Virus record (IMG/VR): IMGVR_UViG_3300027823_000001
Coordinates: 36,096 to 100,095 of that record
Source: a virus
Direction: 5' to 3' (one strand)
Length of the DNA stretch: 64,000 nt
The translations under genes were made by a program, and so were the position numbers. Positions 55,488 to 64,000 of this stretch are shown piece after piece; within the stretch, counting starts at the first letter, position 1; every line of letters begins with the position of its first letter. Below the pieces are notes generated by a model. It had not been told where the DNA came from, did not search any database, and worked only from the letters and a program-made list of their open reading frames with translations.

Positions 55488-56491
55488 GCCGCAACCGCGC
55501 CATGACCACGCGCACAGGCGCAGTGATCCAGTCAGGGCTCGACGCGCGCCCGAAGGGCACCGTGCCCCTCATGCGGATGCCTACGATGGTTCCGTACCGC
55601 GCGATCGTGCTCAACACGTACACGACCGACGACGACGAGAACCGAGGCGGTGTAGCAGTCGAGTGCGATGTGTTTCTCGTACGCGCGTGCTTCAGGCTCG
55701 CACGCGTTCCGGTGAAGCAGATCAACCACGGGCGCAACAACTCGTGGCTGCCGTGGGTCCCGAGGCCCAGCACGAGGGTCATCTCCACTGGTGACGGTGT
55801 GAACTTCACCACGCGTTCAGCACGTGGCACGCCGCAAGGGGACGCGTCGGTACCGTCGGACCTCGATGGTGATCTCGTCATCGTTGAGTTCATGGAGGCG
55901 GATCCCGATCGCCCGCTCATCACTGGCGCGCTCTCTCACGATCAGAACCTGCGTCGTGTGATCGGCTCGGCTTCAGATGCGGACGCGTCGCTGGGCTGGA
56001 AGGACGGCGACTACCGCGCGGGCTCACCTCGCCGCAACGAGCTGTACATCGGCCACTATGGCAGCGAGCTGCGCATCAACGGGCGCGGCGACGTGCTGCT
56101 CTCGACGGTCGATGCGTTCGAGGATCCGATCGAGGAAGACCCCTCACCCGCAGTTGGAGAGATCAGGGTGCGAGTGAAAGACTCGCGCCGCTGCACGATC
56201 GAGATGGACGGTACCGACGTGTTCGAGATCTTCAAGGACGGCGCGCAGGTACGGGTCGATCTCGGTGAGGGCGCAGCGCAGCGGCTGGTTCTCGGTGATG
56301 ACTTCAGAACATTTCTGAACGCTGAACTGGTGGCGAAGCTGAACAACCTGATCACGCTCTTCAACGCGCATCTTCACTCGGGTGGCACCATCTCTGGCAA
56401 CACGGGTGTGCCATCAGCGACCGATCCAGACAGCGTGTCGCAGATGAGTACGGATCTGCTCTCCGACCTCGCCAAGACGAAGAAGTCCTGA
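55484..56491 (+). CDS. baseplate spike (gpV/gp5-like)
   Basis: GDLVIVEF...RPLITG OB-fold end; C-terminal HLH metal-binding tip. Confidence 0.75.
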   Translation: MSRNRAMTTRTGAVIQSGLDARPKGTVPLMRMPTMVPYRAIVLNTYTTDDDENRGGVAVECDVFLVRACFRLARVPVKQINHGRNNSWLPWVPRPSTRVISTGDGVNFTTRSARGTPQGDASVPSDLDGDLVIVEFMEADPDRPLITGALSHDQNLRRVIGSASDADASLGWKDGDYRAGSPRRNELYIGHYGSELRINGRGDVLLSTVDAFEDPIEEDPSPAVGEIRVRVKDSRRCTIEMDGTDVFEIFKDGAQVRVDLGEGAAQRLVLGDDFRTFLNAELVAKLNNLITLFNAHLHSGGTISGNTGVPSATDPDSVSQMSTDLLSDLAKTKKS

Positions 56492-56533
56492 TCTTGGGCG
56501 CAAGGGTGCGGTGCGGGTATATACTCGGCGACG

Positions 56534-58324
56534 ATGCCTCCCGGCGATAACTCGTTCACGGTAGGGCGCGCAGATCCAGCTGCGACGCCTACTGCGCTGT
56601 CCGATATCGAGTTCGGCTTCCGGCAGGGTTACGTGTTCGAGGTGATCGATCTGTCCGAGCCTCAGCGCGCGGTCTCCACGTTCGTCTTGCCCATCGCGCC
56701 TCGCGTGTACCGCATCTCGGAACCGAACGCCGCCACGCTCACGCCGACGCAAGGCAACACGGTCATCGCCGAAGAGTACGGCGCGATCATCCGCGAGATC
56801 GAACTAGAAGGCACGTTCGGTATCAGGGACAAGCGCGCGACTGGGTTCGATGGCGTGCAAGCAGGCGGACGCGCAGTCTCCGGCAACGAGCACTTTCGCC
56901 TCTTCCGCAATCTGTTCCGCGGCTACTACGAAGCGAAGCAAGATCCCGTGCGCGGGCCCATCACGCAGATGCGCTTCCACTCGCTGCGCGAGGACGATCA
57001 CTGGATCGTAGTGCCTCGCACCTTCGACACGCCGCGCGATGCAAAAAACCTGCGTGTGCACTACGACTACCGCACCACACTCGCTGCGATCGGTGTGGTG
57101 GACGACGTGCTCGCTCCGCGCACGGTCTCGGACGATACCAACGCGTTCACCGATGCGCTGCGCGACATCTCGCAGGGGCTCAACGACGCGCGCGGCTTCT
57201 TCGCGGACGCGAACGCGTTCTTGACGCGCGATGTGCAGCGCGGCGTGTTCGGCAACCTGCAAGCCGTCTTACTCAACGCAGGCTCGGTGATCAACGCAGT
57301 CTCGAACTTCCTGCGCACGGGTGTTGGCTTCATCAACATCCCTTTTCAGTTCGCCGTGAACGTGTGCACACAAATCGAACAGCTCGCGGATGACCTCGAC
57401 GAGACGGTGCAGTCTCCGCTCGACGCGACGGCGCAAGCGGCGCGCAACATGCGCAAGATGGAGTCGAGTTTCAACCGCATCCTCGCGTGGCCCGATCGCT
57501 TCGAGTCGAACTGGAACAACCGAGTGCGCGCGATCGAGAACGCATTCGCAGGCGAGCGACGCCTCACGCAGCGCGATGTGCTCGACGGTACAGCAGGGGC
57601 CACGGGCGGCACGCGGACTCGCGTTGCCTACGGCTCCGAGGGGCAGGCAGGGCTCGACTTCGGGCGCTACACGGCGGTCATCAGCGTGCCTGTCGGGCGA
57701 ACAGATACCATCTCGGGTTTCGCAGGGCGCTACGGCGTGCCTCCCGAACTGATCATCGTGATCAACGATCTCGCTGCGCCGTACATCACAGAGGCTGGCG
57801 GCGCAGGTACGCTCGGCCCTGGTGACGAGATCCTCATCCCCGTTGCAGATGCAGGTACGAATCCGAGCGGTGCAGTCGTAGGCTCCGGCTACTTGCCGGC
57901 AGATGTGATCCTCTACGGCCGCGACCTCGCGATCGACATGGAAGTCTTCAACGCAGAGGGCATCTTCGATCTCGCGGTGGACTCTTCGCACGGAGGCACG
58001 GATGCCTCGCTGGTGGCGGGCATCCCGTCAGTGGTGCAAGGCACGTTGATCACCGTGGAGACCGAGCGCGGCACGACGGTCTACATGCCTGACATCGGCG
58101 TTCGTCGATCGGTCGGCAAGAAGGGGACGTTGAGCAACGTCGTGCTCGCTGCGCTCAACTTCCGCGAGGCCATCCTCGCCGATCCCCGCATCGAGGGCAT
58201 CGACGCCTCCGAAGTGGTACTGGATGGTGACGTGCTCTCTCAGGACATCACCGCGCGCCTTCGATCGAGACGAACTTCCGTGTCTCTCGTGCGTCCCATT
58301 GGCCGCGCCGCTGGAGGATCCTGA
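56534..58324 (+). CDS. baseplate protein: tube-initiator-like + LysM-like + gp25/W-like fusion
   Basis: I.LEGTFG; DTI...A.RYG.....I...N.L..PYI...GDEILIP; TERG....PDIG...LADPRI. Confidence 0.7.
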   Translation: MPPGDNSFTVGRADPAATPTALSDIEFGFRQGYVFEVIDLSEPQRAVSTFVLPIAPRVYRISEPNAATLTPTQGNTVIAEEYGAIIREIELEGTFGIRDKRATGFDGVQAGGRAVSGNEHFRLFRNLFRGYYEAKQDPVRGPITQMRFHSLREDDHWIVVPRTFDTPRDAKNLRVHYDYRTTLAAIGVVDDVLAPRTVSDDTNAFTDALRDISQGLNDARGFFADANAFLTRDVQRGVFGNLQAVLLNAGSVINAVSNFLRTGVGFINIPFQFAVNVCTQIEQLADDLDETVQSPLDATAQAARNMRKMESSFNRILAWPDRFESNWNNRVRAIENAFAGERRLTQRDVLDGTAGATGGTRTRVAYGSEGQAGLDFGRYTAVISVPVGRTDTISGFAGRYGVPPELIIVINDLAAPYITEAGGAGTLGPGDEILIPVADAGTNPSGAVVGSGYLPADVILYGRDLAIDMEVFNAEGIFDLAVDSSHGGTDASLVAGIPSVVQGTLITVETERGTTVYMPDIGVRRSVGKKGTLSNVVLAALNFREAILADPRIEGIDASEVVLDGDVLSQDITARLRSRRTSVSLVRPIGRAAGGS

Positions 58325-59724
58325 TGCCTATCTTTCGCGCTCGTAACCGCATCGAGGTGCTGCGCGACATGGTGGGTCGTGTCGTCGCGCGCTCGACGCT
58401 GACCGGGCTGACACGCAACAGCGCCGTGTACCATGTGCTCGCGTCGGCGGCAGACGAGATCGCGGAGGCGTACTTTCAGATCGCGCGGATGCGCGAGCTG
58501 TTCTCTATCGATCGGGCCACAGGCTCGGACCTCGACGAGCGCGCGCGCGAGATCCAACCGGGCACCGTGACGCGCCGTTCAGCGGGCTACGCCACGACCA
58601 CGGTCGTCTACTCGCGACCTGGCATCGTCGGCGCCATCTCGATCCCCGCGGGCTCCATCGTAGGCGCTGCTGACGCGTCGGGCGTGATCCGCTACCGCGC
58701 CACGGCGGCAGGATCGATCCTGAATGGCGCCAGCACGAGCGCGCCCATCCCCGTCACAGCAGCAGAGGCAGGCACGCGCGGCAACGTGGACGCGGGATCG
58801 ATCCTCCGACTGCTGACGCGCATTCAAGGCGTCACAGCGGTCACGAATCCGTCGGCCGTCGGCAACGGGACCGACCGCGAGAGCGATGCCGACTTCCGCG
58901 CGCGGCTCAAGGTCTTCGTGCGTTCGCTCGCGCGTGGCACCGTCGCTGCGCTGCAAGCGAATGCGAAGGTCGCGCGCCTCACCGATGGCTCGCGCGTCAT
59001 CTTCGCGAGTGTCTACGAAGACCCACTCACCAACGGCTACGTGCAGCTCTACATCGACGATGGGACTGGTGGTACGGACACCTACGACTCCAGCTTCGTC
59101 AGCTCTTACGATGTGCTGCTCGCAGCTGCGCTTGGTGGTGAGCGCCGAGTCTTCACCGCAGCCAAGCCCATCCGCGACGACGGTTCGTTCACACTGGAAG
59201 TGAACACCGTGCTTCAGGTGCGCGGCACGGACTACGTGCTCAATCCTGCGACAGGGCAGGTGACCTTCACGACAGGTAGTTACCCGGCAGGGCTCACGAT
59301 CAGTGACAACGTTCGCGCGCACTACCGATCGTACACACGACTCGTGCGCGAGACGCAGCGCATCATGGATGGTGATCCGCTCTCCCCACTCACCTATCCC
59401 GGCATCCGGGCGGCGGGAGTGCTGGTGCGCGTGCTGCCGCCTCAGACACTGCCTCAGACCCTGGCCGCAGGCATCGCGGTAGATGACGGCTTCGACGTGC
59501 TCACGGTCGCGCAGCAGGTCGTCACGGCGATCCAGAACTACATCAACGGCCTCAACATCGGCGAGGATGTGATCGTCGCGCAGATCATCGAAGTGAGCAT
59601 GGCTGTGCAAGGCATGCACGACTTCTACATCACGTCTCTCTCTGGTTCTTCGCCGCCCGTCAACCAAGTGCTGCTTGAGAGTCAGGTCGCGCGCATCGCA
59701 GCTGGCGACATTTCGCTCATCTGA
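58324..59724 (+). CDS. baseplate J-like wedge protein
   Basis: ATGSDLD, GTRGNV, NGTDRESDADFRAR, SLARGT, YIDDG, YINGLNIG. Confidence 0.9.
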   Translation: MPIFRARNRIEVLRDMVGRVVARSTLTGLTRNSAVYHVLASAADEIAEAYFQIARMRELFSIDRATGSDLDERAREIQPGTVTRRSAGYATTTVVYSRPGIVGAISIPAGSIVGAADASGVIRYRATAAGSILNGASTSAPIPVTAAEAGTRGNVDAGSILRLLTRIQGVTAVTNPSAVGNGTDRESDADFRARLKVFVRSLARGTVAALQANAKVARLTDGSRVIFASVYEDPLTNGYVQLYIDDGTGGTDTYDSSFVSSYDVLLAAALGGERRVFTAAKPIRDDGSFTLEVNTVLQVRGTDYVLNPATGQVTFTTGSYPAGLTISDNVRAHYRSYTRLVRETQRIMDGDPLSPLTYPGIRAAGVLVRVLPPQTLPQTLAAGIAVDDGFDVLTVAQQVVTAIQNYINGLNIGEDVIVAQIIEVSMAVQGMHDFYITSLSGSSPPVNQVLLESQVARIAAGDISLI

Positions 59725-59738
59725 AGGTAGGTCTGGTC

Positions 59739-61757
59739 ATGAGTGCTTCGATCCGCTTCAACAGCTCTTCTGGCCCGCTTCAGATTGCGGCGGGCGCAGT
59801 CGCGCTCGCGAACTTCAACGACACGGCGGTCTTGGGCTGGCACTGGGAGCTGCTCGACAAGCCGACCAGCAGCGCCTCGGTGATCTCGTCTGCGTTTGCG
59901 TCAGCTCCGAGTTTCACTGCCGACACACCGGGAAGCTACCGCGTGCGGCTGCGCACCTACGTCGATGCGGCTCGCACCGTGCTCGACGCGACCGATATCC
60001 AGATCACATTCATCAGATTTCCATCGCCGTTCGTGTGGCGTAAGCCCGCCGCTGGTGAGACCACGGAAGCGGACCCCTCGCGAGGCTGGGCAACTGCGCG
60101 AGACGAGTTTACGAACGATGTACAGACTTACCTGCAAGGCGGTCTGCAAACGGCGTTCGATCAAATAGGCACCATCGAGCTTGGCGGCGGGAGTCTCGTA
60201 GTCACGCAGGCCGCCTCTCCTGTCTTCACCTTCGATGGCGCAACGGGTCGCGCGCGCATTCCGAACGGCACGCTGGCGGCGCCCGCACTCTCGTTCTCCG
60301 GCGATGGGAGCAGCGGCATCTACTCCGCGGGTGGACTCGGCAAGTGGAGTCTTGTTGCGAACAACGTGACGATGATCGACTTCGGCTCTGGAGCCATCAG
60401 CTTCGGCGCACGCACGTATCAGCACGACGGCGCCGTAGGCACGCCAGGTATCTCGTTCACTGCCGATCCGGATACCGGCATCTACCGGATCACGGCTGAC
60501 TCGCTCGGCATCTCAACTGGTGGAGTGCTGCGGCTCGGAGTGTCCACGACAGGGTTCGACTCGACGGTGTTCATTCGAGGCGTGGATGGTACCGCAGCAA
60601 GCCCTGGCTTCACCTTCGTCGCGGAGCAAACCACAGGCATGTTCCGCGCAGGCACCGCGCTAGGCCTTGCGACTGCGGGCGCCGAGCGCGTTCGCTTCGT
60701 CGCAGGCACGAGCACGCTGGTCGGTCACTGGGTGCCTTCGGCGGATCTGACGTGGGACCTCGGCACCGCAGCCTCGTTCCGCTGGAACAACCTCTACGTC
60801 GGCGCAATCACGGCGACGACAGTCACGGCGACGACGTACGTCGGTCTGCCCGCCGCCCCCGGCGGAGTGCCCACGTCCCGCACGATCACCGCAGGGACCG
60901 GGCTCACCGGAGGCGGCGATCTCACCGCAGACCGCACCTTGACTGTAGATATCGCGGGGACAAGCCCACTGCCGATCGGGACCGCAGATCCAGGCGCGTC
61001 AGGCAAGGTCTCTGATCGAGACCACGTGCACGCGCACGGCTCGCAGACGGGACCGACGAATCACGCGCTCGCGACGAAGTCAGCGCACGGTTTCCTCGAC
61101 TCCGCCGATTACGACCGCGTGATCGGCCGGGCGCAGAACCAAGAGATTGTTTTCCGCGAAGAGTTCGAGGCCGGTGTGCCTGTCGGTTGGACTGGCACAG
61201 TCACGGGCGCGGGGGCTACCGTCGCGCTCGTAGTGGGTGGATCCACCTACGGATCGTTACTGCGCCTCTATGTCGGGACTACAGCGACCGGTACCGCGCA
61301 GCTCGACCGGTCGCTGAATCACTTCTACACGAACCGGTTCTCCCGGTTCGCGTGGGAGGTCAAGGGCTTTGTTTCGGGGCTCTCTACCGGCGCCGAGGAG
61401 TACGATCTGTTCATGTGCTACTCCGGCATCAACGGTGTGTCACTCAGTTACGACCGCAATACCTCGCTCTACTGGCAGACTACGAGGTGGGCGGCAGGGG
61501 TGCCGACGCACACGGTGACCACCGTACTGGCTGACACTGCGATGCACTCATTTGGGTGGGTGTGGACCTCGGCGGCCGGAGGGACCGTGACTCTATCGAT
61601 CGACGGCGTGGCGGTCGGAGTGGCGTACACAGGAGTCACCTTCGCCGCCGTCGCCCTAACGGCGGCGCGTATGGTGAAGAGCGCCGGCAGCGTGCCGCCG
61701 TTTGCCTACCTGGACTTCACTGAGGCGGTTGGCACGCTCGCGACCCCGAGGAGCTGA
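59739..61757 (+). CDS. tail fibre protein
   Basis: PKD-like N-terminus; three GT.A.P..SF..D..TG.Y repeats; AGTGLTGGGDL; lectin-like C-terminus. Confidence 0.8.
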   Translation: MSASIRFNSSSGPLQIAAGAVALANFNDTAVLGWHWELLDKPTSSASVISSAFASAPSFTADTPGSYRVRLRTYVDAARTVLDATDIQITFIRFPSPFVWRKPAAGETTEADPSRGWATARDEFTNDVQTYLQGGLQTAFDQIGTIELGGGSLVVTQAASPVFTFDGATGRARIPNGTLAAPALSFSGDGSSGIYSAGGLGKWSLVANNVTMIDFGSGAISFGARTYQHDGAVGTPGISFTADPDTGIYRITADSLGISTGGVLRLGVSTTGFDSTVFIRGVDGTAASPGFTFVAEQTTGMFRAGTALGLATAGAERVRFVAGTSTLVGHWVPSADLTWDLGTAASFRWNNLYVGAITATTVTATTYVGLPAAPGGVPTSRTITAGTGLTGGGDLTADRTLTVDIAGTSPLPIGTADPGASGKVSDRDHVHAHGSQTGPTNHALATKSAHGFLDSADYDRVIGRAQNQEIVFREEFEAGVPVGWTGTVTGAGATVALVVGGSTYGSLLRLYVGTTATGTAQLDRSLNHFYTNRFSRFAWEVKGFVSGLSTGAEEYDLFMCYSGINGVSLSYDRNTSLYWQTTRWAAGVPTHTVTTVLADTAMHSFGWVWTSAAGGTVTLSIDGVAVGVAYTGVTFAAVALTAARMVKSAGSVPPFAYLDFTEAVGTLATPRS

Positions 61758-61758
61758 T

Positions 61759-62019
61759 ATGGAGTACCAGATCGTGATCGACGAGATCGTGGGCAGCAAA
61801 ATGCAGGTGAGCGTGATCGAGCACTCAGCAGCGAGCGTCCGATGCATTGAAACCTTTATGATGTCGTTCACCAAGGGCGATCCCAAGGCGGACCTGCTCG
61901 CCGCGGTGAAGGTCCTCGCGCTCGCGTCGATAGCCGCGGACACCGGCGAGGTCAGACCAGGCGACCACGGTGACGAGCGAGACCTTGTGGGAGGGGTATT
62001 CACGCTCAAGGTGGGGTGA
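61759..62019 (+). CDS. hypothetical protein (fibre-associated)
   Basis: GAGGAG RBS. Confidence 0.6.
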   Translation: MEYQIVIDEIVGSKMQVSVIEHSAASVRCIETFMMSFTKGDPKADLLAAVKVLALASIAADTGEVRPGDHGDERDLVGGVFTLKVG

Positions 62020-62091
62020 CACCGTGCCCGCTACTCAACTGGTGCGCGACCATCCGTTACGGTAGAGTCCACCGCTAACACGGAGACGACG

Positions 62092-62367
62092 ATGAAGAGA
62101 CTCAAGACCGCAGCCAAGCCCAAGAGCGAGACCGAAGAGATCGACCTCGATCCAAACATCGCAACGCAGATTGCGCTCAGCGCAACCCGTCTCGAAAGCG
62201 CGCAGAACGCCGTCCAAGCGCGCAGCAGTGAGCTGAACCATCTACTGCTCCAAGCGCAGAACCACTATGCGGAGAACGGCAAGTACGAGGTGACCGCGAT
62301 CGATCCCAACAAGGGTAAGGTGCAGCGCAAACCCCGCACGACCGGAGGCGATCAGCCCACCGGCTGA
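62092..62367 (+). CDS. small coiled-coil protein
   Basis: GGAG RBS. Confidence 0.6.
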   Translation: MKRLKTAAKPKSETEEIDLDPNIATQIALSATRLESAQNAVQARSSELNHLLLQAQNHYAENGKYEVTAIDPNKGKVQRKPRTTGGDQPTG

Positions 62368-62377
62368 TCGGTGATCA

Positions 62378-62866
62378 ATGCCCGTGTTCGGTTGGGGTGT
62401 AGGCGACTGGGGCGGCATCGACAGCAACCCGTGGGGAGGTGTCGGCGATGCCGCCGTTGTACCGCCCGCGATCGATGCTGTGATCTCGCCGCAGGGCACA
62501 TCACCGAACGGCGGGCAACTCCTCGACGTGCTTGGCGGCGACGTGATCCAGATCATCGGGATCGGCTACGAAGACCCGATCCTGATCGAGGTACTCAGCG
62601 GCGCATCTGGCGGTCCGTACACAGTCGAAGGCACCTGCTTCACGTTCGATGCGCGCTACGACATCACCACCACGCGAGTCTTCACGGGCACGCCCGCTTT
62701 GCCCGCAGGCAAGTACCACCTACGCATCACCAACACCACGAGTGTCGTCGTGCTGGAAGATGCGATCGACTACCAGCCGTTCTCTGACGAGCTGAAGGTC
62801 CTTCGCGTGCGCGGCGGGCTTGCGCGTCCGTGGGCCAGCGGGCGTCGCGTCTTGGGAGGTGCCTGA
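62378..62866 (+). CDS. virion protein with IPT/TIG-like domain
   Basis: GWG..WG N-terminus; ISP.G...GG..I.IIG..., TPALPAG.Y. Confidence 0.65.
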   Translation: MPVFGWGVGDWGGIDSNPWGGVGDAAVVPPAIDAVISPQGTSPNGGQLLDVLGGDVIQIIGIGYEDPILIEVLSGASGGPYTVEGTCFTFDARYDITTTRVFTGTPALPAGKYHLRITNTTSVVVLEDAIDYQPFSDELKVLRVRGGLARPWASGRRVLGGA

Positions 62867-63870
62867 TGGCCCGCAGCGGACTGTGGAAGGCGCTGATCGA
62901 CGCCATCGAGGGTCAGGCTGATGCTCTCAGCGGACAGTCCGTGACCGAGCTGACGACGCTTCTCGCGGAAGATGAGACAGCGTTGATCAACGTTTCGAGC
63001 ACGGTGCGCTTCGGCGCGAACACCGACGACGCAACGATCAGCATCTTGCTCATCGGCGGCGAGATCGTGCTCGCGACAGGTCGCACGCTCACCACGTTCA
63101 CCACGCTCTCTCGCGGGCAGCAGACGACGACCGTCCGCACGCATCCGGCCGGCACGCTAGTCTACGACCTCTCGCGGAACCGCACCGCGCTCGACCTACT
63201 GCGCCGAGGCTTCTTCGTCGGCACGGCGCGCCTGGAAGACCTCGACGTGATCGGGCGCAACCTTGGGCTGCACAAGTGCCCTGGACTCGACGAAGAGACT
63301 TGGCGCGCGCTGATCCAGGTGATGGCGTATCTGCCGAACCAACCGATCGATGCGTTCCGTCGAGTGCTCGATGTCTTTCCTGGGATCGGGAACTACGAGA
63401 TCGTAGAAGAGTTGATTACCGATCCTTCGGTGGTCCTCATCAACGTGTCGATCCCCACCGCGTCCGATCTGAAGGGTAAGTTCTTTCTGAACGGCGGAGA
63501 GCCTCAGCTCGCCAACGGCGGAGGGACCGAGGTGACCACGGACTATCCGATCAACCAAGTGCTCGGCGTCTACGACGATGACGACGACACGCGGCGCGGC
63601 AACCGTGAGGGGCGCACGAACTACGCGACGACGAACACCTTCGGAGGCTCCACCATCACGCTGGACACGACTGTCGGCGCAGCCGATCCTCTCATCGTGG
63701 ACTACGGCGCGTTCACGGCGCACTACCTCGCAGCAGACGAGACAGAGCGCTACGCTGCCGATGGTGAGTTCTACCCGTACCTCTCGGACCCTTCCGCCAT
63801 CGTGCGCTGCTTGCTCGATCAAGTGCGCGCTGCTGGTGTCCGCGTGGTCGTGACCGCTACTCTCGTCTAG
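62866..63870 (+). CDS. baseplate wedge (I-like) protein
   Basis: TA...DLDVIGRNLG...GLD...WR; LDQVRAAGV. Confidence 0.7.
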   Translation: MARSGLWKALIDAIEGQADALSGQSVTELTTLLAEDETALINVSSTVRFGANTDDATISILLIGGEIVLATGRTLTTFTTLSRGQQTTTVRTHPAGTLVYDLSRNRTALDLLRRGFFVGTARLEDLDVIGRNLGLHKCPGLDEETWRALIQVMAYLPNQPIDAFRRVLDVFPGIGNYEIVEELITDPSVVLINVSIPTASDLKGKFFLNGGEPQLANGGGTEVTTDYPINQVLGVYDDDDDTRRGNREGRTNYATTNTFGGSTITLDTTVGAADPLIVDYGAFTAHYLAADETERYAADGEFYPYLSDPSAIVRCLLDQVRAAGVRVVVTATLV

Positions 63871-63879
63871 GAGAACAAG

Positions 63880-64000
63880 ATGCGCATCGTTCGTTGGGCC
63901 TCAAGTGAGCGCGTTGATCTTCCCGATCTCACCGCGATGTCGTTTCTCGCTCTTGGTGAGTTCCGCCGTTCGATACGTGCGCTGGTGACTGGCGAAGCGG
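63880..64000 (+). CDS. baseplate/fibre-attachment protein, truncated by the window edge
   Basis: AGGAG RBS; MRIVRW..SERVDLPD. Confidence 0.6.
   Translation, partial: MRIVRWASSERVDLPDLTAMSFLALGEFRRSIRALVTGEA

Noticed and set aside
1-64000. Many long minus-strand ORFs in the track (e.g. 48272-49876, 46835-47980, 58579-59667)
   Set aside because: They are antisense shadows of high-GC plus-strand genes, with no motifs or RBS
1-64000. CRISPR array, tRNA, rRNA, integrase, transposase or reverse transcriptase/DGR
   Set aside because: None recognised by eye; tRNAscan and Infernal were not run

Overview
This window is part of a high-GC tailed (myovirus-type) phage genome, with essentially all credible genes on the + strand. 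Left arm (about 0.1-16 kb): small accessory and nucleotide-metabolism genes (DNA methyltransferase, NDT-like, dCTP deaminase, SLOG, ThyX, DUF3310, GroES, HicB-like, two lipoproteins of myxobacterial style), punctuated by a recurring intergenic motif CATCG(G/T/C)GTA. Middle (16-42 kb): a Herelleviridae-like head module (terminase, portal, MuF, prohead protease, scaffold, major capsid) interleaved with very large polyvalent proteins. Right (42-64 kb): neck, contractile tail, baseplate and fibre genes. The main candidate for a new system is a set of head-cargo polyproteins. They are studded with the same hydrophobic-x-K|(A/S/G) site found in the capsid propeptide and scaffold, and the predicted cleavage products often begin with a shared KY...GG(Y/W)xYxY module. 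One predicted product is a complete sigma70-like factor (regions 2-4), which could drive the CATCGnGTA promoters of the left arm straight after injection. Domain calls come from motif recognition by eye; no database searches were run.
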